Assembly: GCA_002269645.1 (NCBI GenBank) | Contig: NIVC01001138.1 | Coordinates: 62,001-126,000 of the forward strand | Source: Macrostomum lignano | Lineage: Eukaryota | DNA: 64,000 bases | Reading direction: 5' to 3' | Shown: positions 13,501 to 24,325 of the stretch, in pieces | Position numbering within the stretch: the first letter of the stretch is position 1 | How the letters are laid out: each line of letters begins with the position of its first letter | Position numbers and translations under genes: made by a program | Notes under the pieces: model-generated | The model's database searches: none | The model's input: the letters and a program-made list of their open reading frames with translations, nothing else | What the model was told of the DNA's origin: nothing

Positions 13501-15914
13501 TAGGGCCTATCTTTAATTTAATAGGGCCTAGGCCTCTGGATATACTTCTATATTATAGGCCTAGGCTATTAATATTACATATTTAAGGATAAGGTCCATT
13601 ATAATTTAGGTCTATAATTGTATAAATATGAATATTTTTGTTTAGGTTTTTAACTTAAATTCCTAATTGCATAAAATGATTTTAATATCTACAAATGCTT
13701 TAAAATCTTACAGTAAGCCATGATAAAAGTAAGCATGTTACACTACACTACTTTACTTTCTAATTAAATAATTTATTATTATAGGGGGCCTAGGCTAGGC
13801 CCTATTTTAAGTTAGGCCTAGACCTATAAAAGAGGTCTTATTTTACCTTATTTAGGAACTCAAATATTGGTCTATAGTCTAGGCTATATAAATCGGATGC
13901 AAAAAACTACCTAATTTTGTTTCCATTCAAAAAATATCGATAAAAAGTTATATACAGGATACTGCTCTTAGACTTAGACTAAGACTTGGGCTATCTAATA
14001 TAGGCCTATATAAGGCATTCTTGACTTCGTACTTTAGCTCTCCTGGCTGCTGGCTCTACCCAGCCATGGCAATGGGTTTATCAAAGTAATGACATCAAGA
14101 TCGTCAAAGCTGAAACGAGGATGAAGGTTCATGTTTTCACCCTCCTTTTTTGGTCAACGTTTAGCGCGTTAGAGGGGGTGTGTATAAAAGCTGGCACTGG
14201 CACATTGGACACATTGGACACCCCTTTTTATAACAAAATTAGATATGAAAATGCAGAATAAACTTGCAGAGATACTTTTAAATAATTTAAAAAATTGATA
14301 ATAATAGAAATGACATCCTTGCTTTCGTGATAAATGATTTGTTAAATATTCTTTGTATTATCGTTTTTTGTACATGTTTAATTTGGCATTCGATTTTTTA
14401 AAATAATCGCACATGCAAAAACTGCAGCTTGCAATGCTATTACACTGTGATTTTACTACCCCGAAGGTTCTGTACTACAGGCGTACCGATTTATTGCTAA
14501 ATATGCCTGATATATGAAATGATCAAACTAATAGTCAGAACTCAATTTTCCATAAAATGATGAAGCATTCTGCTCTTATCAAAAAACCACAACTTATTTT
14601 GTTAGGATTACTTCATGAAGAACGAACTTTGGATATTCCAAATTGCAAGTATTTCTATATTAAAAAAGTTAATACATTGGCAGATTTTTTGATGAAAAAA
14701 TTGCACCCAAAAAGTTTTTTTTACTATGTAAGATGATGATTAAATTAATAATTTCCAAGCTTCTTCTTTTATTAGTCCAATTACTTTTTGTATGATTTCA
14801 ACCAACAAAAAAAGGAATAGCTACTCAGTGAAAGTTCAAATTACAGTCTCTTCTTTATATACAATCCTTTTAAGAAAACCTTTATTATTATGAATAATTT
14901 GCCAAGTCATGATATTTAAGAAGTTGTGCTAATCATTTAAATTATGAGTTAAAAAATGCAAGCATATAAGTAAAAAATCTACCTCACAGACCAAGAAGTC
15001 TTTTTACTGAAAATTTATATGTGACGCTTTGAAAAAAACAACATATAAACCATCTTCACATAACATTTATTGTCATTTATTTCAGACCTAAATCCTTTAG
15101 CACATAAATATTCTGCACGTATGTTGCAGGGTATACTTCCTTCTTCTAAAATCCTACAAATGCCACAAAGTTTTAATAGGCAAATTTATTAGTATTTTTT
15201 ATATTAATATTTCTATATTTATGAGAAGTTTTCCAATAAGAAAAAGTTCCCAATCAGTAAAACACTATATTTTAATTCTTATGTCCAAAATTATGGCATT
15301 CTAAGGGACCAAGTGATAGGTTTTAAGCTACTATTAGCACCTGCATGATTTATTTATTTAATACCTACACATTTCTTAATGTCTATAGTTGCCTAATTGC
15401 TAACCCTAATTCTAGCCTTATTGGCTTACAAGTTTGAGTCTTCACAGCATATTATTCAATTCAAGCCCTACTAATTTTATTAGCCTCTCTTAATTTTATA
15501 AAATAATAATTTTCTTTAGTGTAACTGCTCCAAAAATTAAAACTTTAATTTAAGTGGTGTGCCGAAACACCACTTGCATCATTACAGCCCTGTCTATAAT
15601 TTTTTTGTGCTAATTGGTTGACCACTTTCAATAATTTTCTTGGGTCAAGAGTGTGATATATGCATATTGCAGCATGAATTTTTTAAAGAATCCCTAATTT
15701 TATACAAGGAATCATATATATTTATAGAAAGTTAGCTCTTAGAGTAGAGATAAAGTACATAAGACTATTAATAGCAACTTTTCATACAATTGCTTATGGT
15801 AATGATTTCTATTGTTATAAAGTTACAAATAAATAAAAAGTTACATTGCATTTAAACTGTACTTTATAAGTTGTAAGCCTTTCAACTCAGAGTGCATTTC
15901 AATTGCTTTAATAT

Positions 15915-16910
15915 TGTAGTGAGCCGCTAGTTTATTGTTAGGCGTCGCCCTTGTCAGCCGCTCCCTTGCCCTCCCTTTGGGTTGCTGTCTGCCGCTGGTC
16001 AGCTTCCCGTCCCTTTTTCGTTTGCCTGTTGCCCCCCGTGTCCCTTTCCGCCCTGTTGCGTCTCCGTTCTCAGCCCTCAGTCTCTCGACTGTGGGCTGTC
16101 TCTGTTTCGCTTCCATCCTGTTTTCCTCTGTCCTGTGAGCAAGTCACATGACAGCTCTTGCGTTCTTTGAGTCTTAAAGTGCAGTAAACATGTTTACTGC
16201 ACTCGTTGGCCCTGTTTACCGGGTGAGTCACATGCTTTCGGACCCCTCCCTTTTCTAAGGAGAGGAGTGACTCATGTTGCTAAAAATAGCAACTGAGTCA
16301 CAGCCATGTGTACTCTGCCGGGGACCCTCAAGTGACGTCAGTTCTAAAAATAGAACAGGTCACGAGGTCTTCCGCGCGCTTGTACCCTGCCTGAGACTCT
16401 CGAGTGACGTCAGTTCTAAAAATAGAACAAGTCACGAGGTCTGGAGCGTGGGAATTTCCCGGCTATAAATAGGAGCCCTCTCCCCCTTGTTTCCGTCAAG
16501 GAGTCTTCCTTCTGTTCAACCTCGAGTTCTACGTCCGCGTGTGACTAAGTCCCGAGTGTCCGAGTCTTTGCGCCCATTGATTCTGTTCCTATTGCTCCGA
16601 CTGAGACCCGACCAAACCAACCCAAGTCTACGAGAGGCTAACTCAGCCCTCCCTGTACCATCCAAGCCCGGCAGGTGCTGCTGACGAGACGCCTTATACG
16701 TTGAGCTGCAAATCTGCACGTCGTGCTGTGTTCGTTGACTTCATTATTTCGTTCCGACGGGAAGCTCACCTCACCGAAGGCCGAGACCTGAAGGAACTGG
16801 TGGCAGCACTACCTACGCTACTGAGATTTGAGAGAACTTCCCTCTGAAGAGGCTCGAGACTTAAGGTAATCCTTAAGTGCCTAACCGGGAAGAAACCCCA
16901 TTGTACTTCA
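15915..16910 (+). mobile_element. Probable solo LTR nested in the MULE
   Basis: GC-rich ~1-kb block in AT-rich DNA; TG...CA termini; 4-bp ATAT direct repeat on both flanks; TATA box GGCTATAAATAGG near 16461; duplicated ~40-bp TGACGTCA-containing unit; TGACTCA site. Orientation inferred from the TATA box. Confidence 0.55.
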
Positions 16911-16984
16911 ATATACATTGCTAGATGTTATTTAGCATTTCTTTGTTATTTATCATTTAACTTATTGCATTGTTTAATTGCTAA

Positions 16985-17174
16985 CAGTAGCGCAACCAGA
17001 AATTTTTCAAGGGGGGGGCGGATTCTGAGGGTAAAGTCCTGGGAGGGGGGGCGGCGGAGGGGTGGCTCTGTTTTTGGCGAAAATTCGCTTGGTCCCCCCT
17101 TTGATTTTTTTTCGGTCCCCCGCCTAAGGGGGGGCGACCGCCCCCCCCCGCCCCCCCCCCTGGTTGCGCCACTG
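16985..17174. mobile_element. hAT-type MITE (190 bp)
   Basis: 15-bp TIRs CAGT(A/G)GCGCAACCAG; exact 8-bp TSD ATTGCTAA at 16977-16984 and 17175-17182. Confidence 0.9.
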
Positions 17175-18418
17175 ATTGCTAATTTCATTTGCTCAGCTGC
17201 AATATTTATTACTTTTTTTATTAATGCCAATGTTTGTTATACTTTTTCTCCCCATTTTTAGTGTTTGTGGTATTCTTTTGGCAAATTTTAATTTTTCCGT
17301 TGTATCTATCTTTACAAAAAATTGTACCTGTAAACTTATGTTTTTTTGCTTACAATGGTACTGTACTAAATTAATTTATTTCCTTGTTAGATTCTCTAAA
17401 TTGAAAAAGTAATGCACTGCTTTATTATCATGCATATTGAATATTAAGGATAGTTAGTATTCCTTCCTTGAAAAAGATTCTAGAGTTGGATTCTATTTGA
17501 TAAGAGAATAAATAATTTATTGAGTTTAAATGTTTTTAAAACATTAATTAATTGCATTTTGATGGAAATCACAACTTAAAAAATTATTCGTTTTTTTATT
17601 TAAGACACGAGGGATTTTAAAAATCCATATTAACAGCAAATCAAACATTAACATTATGGGAGAGAGAGAAGGATTAGATTCACTTTCACCATTGCTGTTG
17701 ATTTATGGAAAGGCAGTAAACAAGCCAGAGCAGCTGCAAATTGTCAAATATGCCATGTCCGGCTATAAAATTCTGCAACTAGTCTGCTGCTCACTTTTTC
17801 CAACGTTTATTGAGGACAAGAAACGGCATTTAATGTTTCTATGTTTTCTGTAAGTGCACCAACTAGGTAAATGAAAATGACGTACCGAAAGTAGTTCGAC
17901 AATAAAGCAAGATAAGAAATGAATTTAAATGTAGAATAAAACTTGTTGATACTACCAATCTCATGGTTGTTAGAAGTATATGAAAAAGTGAAATTATAAA
18001 TAAATATTTACGTTTTCATTCGAAAGCCAAAGTATATTTATTCAAGCAAAACAACGATCAAAACTCGATTTTTGTTAACATAAGGGGTGTCCAATGTGCC
18101 AATGGTGCCCTGCTTTTATACAGACCCCGTTAGAGGTTCCCAGAAAACGGAAAATTAACGATGAGTAAAGCATTATAACAAGTCGAAGACAAAATGAACT
18201 TTAATAAAGATTTTTTTCTTTTAAAATTGCTTCAATGCTTTTCTTTCTGCTAAACGTATTGATTTATATTGCTTTTTAAAATCAGACATTATATCTAAAT
18301 GACAGTGACAACACTTGTTTTTAACTTATCTACAGTCTCTTTTTTTCTGACCAAAGCTTTGAGCAAAGCTAACTCTCTTTTAAAATTAGATTCAATGCGC
18401 TGAATTTCCATAAATCAA

Positions 18419-20189
18419 ATGGAGTCACAAAGAAAAAAGCCTCTAAAGAAGCAAGATCGGCTAAAAACGGTAAGAACTGCTCTGAATGTTTATTTTTGTT
18501 TTTGCTCAAGAAAAGAGCTACTTACCGACACAACACAAGAGACAAGACATTTACCCTTTATTGTGCTCCCGATCCAAAACCATGAGATCAACCGGAACGA
18601 TTGTGTGTTTCTTCGCCAAGAATTATTTGAAAAAAGCATGTTTTGTTGGTCTCAAAGTCTGAAAAGGATTGAGCACTCGTTTTAGTTGGGTTGTGCTACT
18701 GTTTGCCTATTCTATTAAAACTTAGACTAAGTTTTGCTTGAAATTTTTAATTGCAGCAACGGATTTTAAAGATACTCAGATACTAACATTGTCACTGTTC
18801 GTATAAACATTCACTCGGGTAGGTCAAAGCAAAAACAACTTAATAATATCCTTTCTCGGGTTTTTATCTGTGAGAAGTAAATCTAATCTTAGCTACTTCA
18901 TCTGGCAAACCAATGTATTAAATAGCTAATTCATTTTAGTACCACGAACCATCAAAGAATGTTTTGGAGGCGACAGCCGAAAGTCAAAGACGAGTAAACG
19001 AGCGACAGAAACAGCAAAAGCAGATGCTTGAAGAAGAAAACGAGGTCGACATTGACAAGCAACAGTATGAGATTCTCATCGGGCAGTTAAAGTAAGTTTA
19101 TAACTATAACAAACGATTTTTATAAACTGGGAGGCAGATAAGTTGTGTTTAAGTTGTACCTACATGTAAAAATGTTTAGCTTGAAAACTATTTAGGACCG
19201 ACATCAATTGAAAAGCACTGTAAAGTTGCAATATAATGTTTCTTGCGCTTAAATATTTGATTGGGAACAAATAGCTGTCGCCACAGAGAGGCATACGTGA
19301 ATTATTTATGAGAGTATTTTCCACGATTTGCCTGTCGAGATAAAATTCAGGACGTTTGGATATTGATGGTCCATTGGTCCTGTTAATAAGGGCTAGCTAG
19401 TTAAGGCAACTGTTATATGGATTCACTCTTGTAAGTGCCAGGGATCTTTGTAAAAAATATTTTCACGCAGAGCGGCAGAAGCTCGAAATCGGCTGCGAAT
19501 CATGCGGATGCGCTATGAAAACGTGCTCGAACGCGAGGTGAACCACCTGATCTCTTGTCAGCCAACCGCTCTGCGCGCGGTGCGTCTCGAGGCGATTCTG
19601 CCAACAAGATCGTCGGCTAAGGCTCAGGGAGCTGCTGGTGAAAGCGGCAATGGTCAGGGAGAGAGTCAGATTGCAGCTGAAATGAATCATTCTGGAGCTC
19701 GATCTGGTGGTCTGACTAAGTTAGATGTAAGAGTCTGGCCAGGCGCTACATATGTTTGATGCTGTGCAGGGGCGTCGCCATGGATTTTATGGTGGTGGGG
19801 GGGCAAAGCCAATAATTCTGCATGTACCTGTACATAACTAAATTTCTACATGTACGTCAGAATTGGTGTTGTCAAGGACCATTTTAGCACCGCAGGCACT
19901 CATTTTAGCACCGCAGGCACTCAATTTAGCACCGCAGGCACTCATTTTAGGACCGCAGGCTCCATTTTTGTCGCCCTGAAACAAAATTATTGATTTCCAT
20001 AACAGGTCAACAAAGGTGGGGTGGGGGGACAAAGCATTGGCATGCCCCCTCATAGGTTTTTCTTGGGGGACCCTCCCGTCTCCCCGGTGGCGACGCCCCA
20101 GAGTAGAGGTCTCATAGTGACTTATTGGTTTATTTCACCGTTTTATTCAATTTCAGCGCAGCAGAATCGAGCGTTTGATGTCCACTTAA
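18419..20189 (+). CDS. LKAAEAR1: LKAAEAR motif-containing protein 1-like, 163 aa, 4 exons
   Basis: Exons 18419-18469, 18940-19091, 19471-19726, 20157-20189; GT..AG, phases 0,2,0. The spliced product reads ...YEILIGQLKAAEARNRLRIMRMRYENVLEREVNHLISCQPTALRAVRLEAILP...GLTKLDRSRIERLMST*. The LKAAEAR motif spans the exon 2/3 junction. The first exon is the least certain. Confidence 0.85.
19767..20101. mobile_element. hAT-like MITE in LKAAEAR1 intron 3
   Basis: 14-bp TIRs C(A/T)GGGGCGTCGCCA; internal 21-bp tandem (ATTTTAGCACCGCAGGCACTC). No TSD found. Confidence 0.6.
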
Positions 20190-20929
20190 TCAGCTGCGAA
20201 GTGACGTCACCCTTGGACACCAAGCCTTGGAATTGAAAATTGGAACGCTCGCTGCCCTTCAAACTGAATCCAATTACGAGCGTACTTCTTTCTTGAATCT
20301 GATATTAACCTTGAACATATATTGTTTCAATTTACTGTTTCTGTAAGAAATCCACTTTTTTCGAGTTACAAGGCATAACATAACTGACATTGTATTCAAA
20401 CTGCCACAGTGTATTCTTCACAAGGGTTTGCCGTGTATTACCGATTTTTAACACATTTTTCATGGGGTTGGATTCTTATAGAATTCAATAATTTTATGCA
20501 AAATATAATTTTGATGAATGTATTTTATTGCTAAAATGATTTCCGGATCATTTAAAGATTTTTCTACCTTTTTTAAGCGTGACAACTTTAATAAGTAAAT
20601 AATTAAATAATCAGGAAGAGCTAAGACGGCATCTAAGAGAGAGCCTTAAAGAAGCGTCTTGACTAAATCAGGTATAAGCAGGTTAACGCATTCAGTGCCA
20701 GCGCACCGACAGAGCAGCACAAAAGGAAAACAACCAATCGAAGAATAAAACTTTTCTTGTGAAGATCAGCTTTTCCTAAATAATTTGAACATCAAGCTTT
20801 GTACCATCAGCGCTGTGACGTAATGGCCGACTTGAGTACGGCATGAACTAGACTTGATGCTATCAAGTTGGCGAAACAACAGCAAGACAAAATAGTAGCA
20901 AGAGAAAACTCAATAAACACAAAGCAGCA

Positions 20930-22400
20930 ATCAAGTTAGACAGGACAACAATCAAGTTAAACAGAACAATAATCAAGTTAGACAAGACAAAAATAATCAA
21001 GTTAGACAGGACAACAATCAAGTTAAACAGAACAATAATCAAGTTAGACAGGACATCAATCAAGTTAGACAGGACTATAATCAAGTTAGACAGGACAACA
21101 ATCAAGTTAGACAGGACATCAATCAAGTTAGACAAGACAAAAATAATCAAGTTAGACAGGACAACAATCAAGTTAAACAGAACAATAATCAAGTTAGACA
21201 GGACAACAATCAAGTTAGACAGGACATCAATCAAGTTAGACAAGACAAAAATAATCAAGTTAGACAGGACAACAATCAAGTTAAACAGAACAATAATCAA
21301 GTTAGACAGGACAACAATCAAGTTAGACAGGACTATAATCAAGTTAGACAGGACAACAATCAAGTTAGACAGGACATCAATCAAGTTAGACAAGACAAAA
21401 ATAATCAAGTTAGACAGGACAACAATCAAGTTAAACAGAACAATAATCAAGTTAGACAGGATAACAATCAAGTTAGACAGGACTATAATCAAGTTAGACA
21501 GGACAACAATCAAGTTAGACAGGACATCAATCAAGTTAGACAAGACAAAAATAATCAAGTTAGACAGGACAACAATCAAGTTAAACAGAACAATAATCAA
21601 GTTAGACAGGACAACAATCAAGTTAGACAGGACTATAATCAAGTTAGACAGGACAACAATCAAGTTAGACAGGACTATAATCAAGTTAGACAGGACAACA
21701 ATCAAGTTAGACAGGACAACAATCAAGTTAGACAGGACAACAATCAAGTTAGACAGGACTATAATCAAGTTAGACAGGACAACAATCAAGTTAGACAGGA
21801 CAACAATCAAGTTAGACAGGATAACAATCAAGTTAGACAGGACAACAATCAAGTTAGACAGGACAACAATCAAGTTAGCTCGTAGACAGGACAACAATCA
21901 AGTTAGCTCGTAGACAGGACAACAATCAAGTTAGCTCGTAGACAGGACAACAATCAAGTTAGCTCGTAGACAGGACAACAATCAAGTTAGCTCGTAGACA
22001 GGACAACAATCAAGTTAGCTCGTAGACAGGATAACAATCAAATTAGACAGGACAACAATCAAGTTAGACAGGACAACAATCAAGTTAGACAGGACAACAA
22101 TCAAGTTAGACAGGACAACAATCAAGTTAGCTCGAAGACAGGACAACAATCAAGTTAGCTCGTAGACAGGACAACAATCAAGTTAGCTCGTAGACAGGAC
22201 AACAATCAAGTTAGCTCGTAGACAGGACAACAATCAAGTTAGCTCGTAGACAGGACAACAATCAAGTTAGCTCGTAGACAGGATAACAATCAAATTAGAC
22301 AGGACAACAATCAAGTTAGACAGGACAACAATCAAGTTAGACAGGACAACAATCAAGTTAGACAGGACAACAATCAAGTTAGCTCGAAGACAGGACAATA
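20930..22400. repeat. 21-bp minisatellite (CAATCAAGTTAGACAGGACAA) with a 28-bp variant
   Basis: Tandem units; source of the (LIVVLSN)n ORF 20863..21897. Confidence 0.97.
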
Positions 22401-22905
22401 ATCAAGACTTTGACGCCGCAACCATAAAGTTCGAGAAATCCTCATGGTTAAACAGAGAAGAGGAAATTGTCCGCATCATCCGCAGGCAGCGCCAGCAGTC
22501 AGCAGCCGCAACTCCACCCGGCCCTGCTCGCTGCCCGAGTTGCCGCCAGTCACGGCGGTGCAGTCGACGCCGTTGCAAAATGAGCCGCCGCCGCCCCCAG
22601 CGTGGCCAGAGCCCCTCCCGGCTCCGCCGCCGCTGAAGCCGCCTCTGGCGCCTGCAGCTCCTCCATAATTGTTGGCGTTCCCGCCGCCGCCCTCGTCTGG
22701 CGTTGACAGCCCGGCCCAGCCAGCCGGCGCCGCAGCCACCGTGCTGATTAATGCTCGATGTTGTGCTAGGATTGTTGAATCATGGCTGACCGTTGGATCC
22801 GCCAGTCCCCGTCTTAGCGGGGTCTGTTCCGGTTGAGTTGCTGCCGCCGCTGGATGAGCTGCCGGGCTGGCCTAATATAACCAAATATTAAGAAAGTCTT
22901 TGTAG

Positions 22906-23332
22906 TGTTGTGAGCCCCGTCCTCCAGAGCGACGCCTACAGCTGAACCCTGTTGGGAAGCTGCGACCCCCAGGTCCCCAGTCAGAGCTCCCGTCCCGTGT
23001 CCCAGGGAGAAGCAGGAAAACGACAGAGCAGAACTCACGAGCTTCCGCGCAAAAGCCGATACAGTTCGCACTTGCTATGTGCTTTGGTAGACAAGTAAGC
23101 TTGTTTTGAAGTAGCCAACGATAGGACCAGAGAGAACGCAAGGGCGCGGCTGCCCACTAGACAGCAAATTCATTATATTTATTATCTGACCTACGCGTAT
23201 ATGAATACTATTAGAACAAACGTACGGTACGGTAGGGGGAGGTGGTGCGAGGTGGCGTGATCAGCGTACGCATTGATTATTGATTGGAGGGGTGGGGCAG
23301 ACTGGGGCGAAAAAGAACACGATTGCACAACA
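22906..23332. mobile_element. Solo LTR (427 bp) in the last intron of pseudogene A
   Basis: Termini TGTTGTG...CACAACA (7-bp perfect inverted repeat); 4-bp TSD GTAG at 22902-22905 and 23333-23336. Confidence 0.85.
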
Positions 23333-23828
23333 GTAGGTACAATCAGAAGTTCAGGTAATATCTCCACATCCTTCGCGGCTACATGATCTTGACAAATCGT
23401 AAAAATCATGTTTGACTGAACTATCCCGCCTCCTACCTGAATATGACTGCGAAGCGCCGCCACCGCCACCGGCCGCCAGGTACAGCTGACCGTCGCTCGC
23501 TCCGTATACGAAGCTGCCGCCGCCGCCGCCGCAGCCAGCAGTCGAGGGGGCTGCCAGGCCGCCTGCCTGACCGACCACGACTGACAGCCGCGACCCGCCA
23601 GTCTGGTTGAATCTGCCGGCCGCTGAGGTGCCTCTGCCGCCTGATTTGCTTAAGGCAGCGTTGCTACCTCCGGCCGCTCCGAAGGCCTCGATGCGGTAGC
23701 AGCCGGTAATGTTGATCATCAGGTGCTGGATGGTCCCGTTGCGACCCGTGCTCGAGTCTGGGAGAGGTAATTTTATGACCTTGCAGGTTGAGAGTCCAAT
23801 ACTTGTCTTGCACCAAATGACGGTCCAT

Positions 23829-24325
23829 CGAGTCTGGCTTCTCTATGAGTCTGGCTTCCCTATGAGTTTGGCTTCTCTATGAGTCTGGCTTCCTTATGAG
23901 TCTGGCTTCCCTATGAGTCTGGCTTCCCTATGAGTCTGGCTTCCCTATGAGTCTGGCTTCCCTATGAGTCTGGCTTCCCTATGAGTCTGGCTTCCCTATG
24001 AGTCTGGCTTCCTTATGAGTCTGGCTTCCCTATGAGTCTGGCTTCCCTATGAGTCTGGCTTCCCTATGAGTCTGGCTTTCCTATGAGTCTGGCTTCCCTA
24101 TGAGTCTGGCTTCCCAATGAGTCTGGCTTCCCTATGAGTCTGGCTTCCCTATGAGTCTGGCTTCCCTATGAGTCTGGCTTCCCTATGAGTCTGGCTTTCC
24201 TATGAGTCTGGCTTCCCTATGAGTCTGGCTTCCCAATGAGTCTGGCTTCCCTATGAGTCTGGCTTCCCTATGAGTCTGGCTTCTCTATGAGTCTGGCTTC
24301 CCGATGAGTCTGAATTCTCTATGAG
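23829..24325. repeat. 17-bp minisatellite (GAGTCTGGCTTCCCTAT) in a pseudogene A intron
   Basis: Tandem units. Confidence 0.97.

Larger units (their letters stand above)
14176..18127. mobile_element. Mutator-like (MULE) DNA transposon, non-autonomous or decayed, with nested insertions
   Basis: Imperfect ~55-60-bp TIRs: left GGGTGTGTATAAAAGC..GGCACATTGGACACCCC, right (reverse complement) GGGTCTGTATAAAAGC..GGCACATTGGACACCCC. Exact 9-bp TSD CGTTAGAGG at 14167-14175 and 18128-18136. No intact transposase ORF seen. Confidence 0.8.

Noticed and set aside
20863-21897. 344-aa leucine-rich (LIVVLSN)n membrane-like ORF
   Set aside because: 21-bp tandem repeat with no unique domain.
20930-22400. CRISPR-like appearance of the regular arrays (here and elsewhere)
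   Set aside because: Units are head-to-tail with no unique spacers, there are no cas genes, and the context is eukaryotic.
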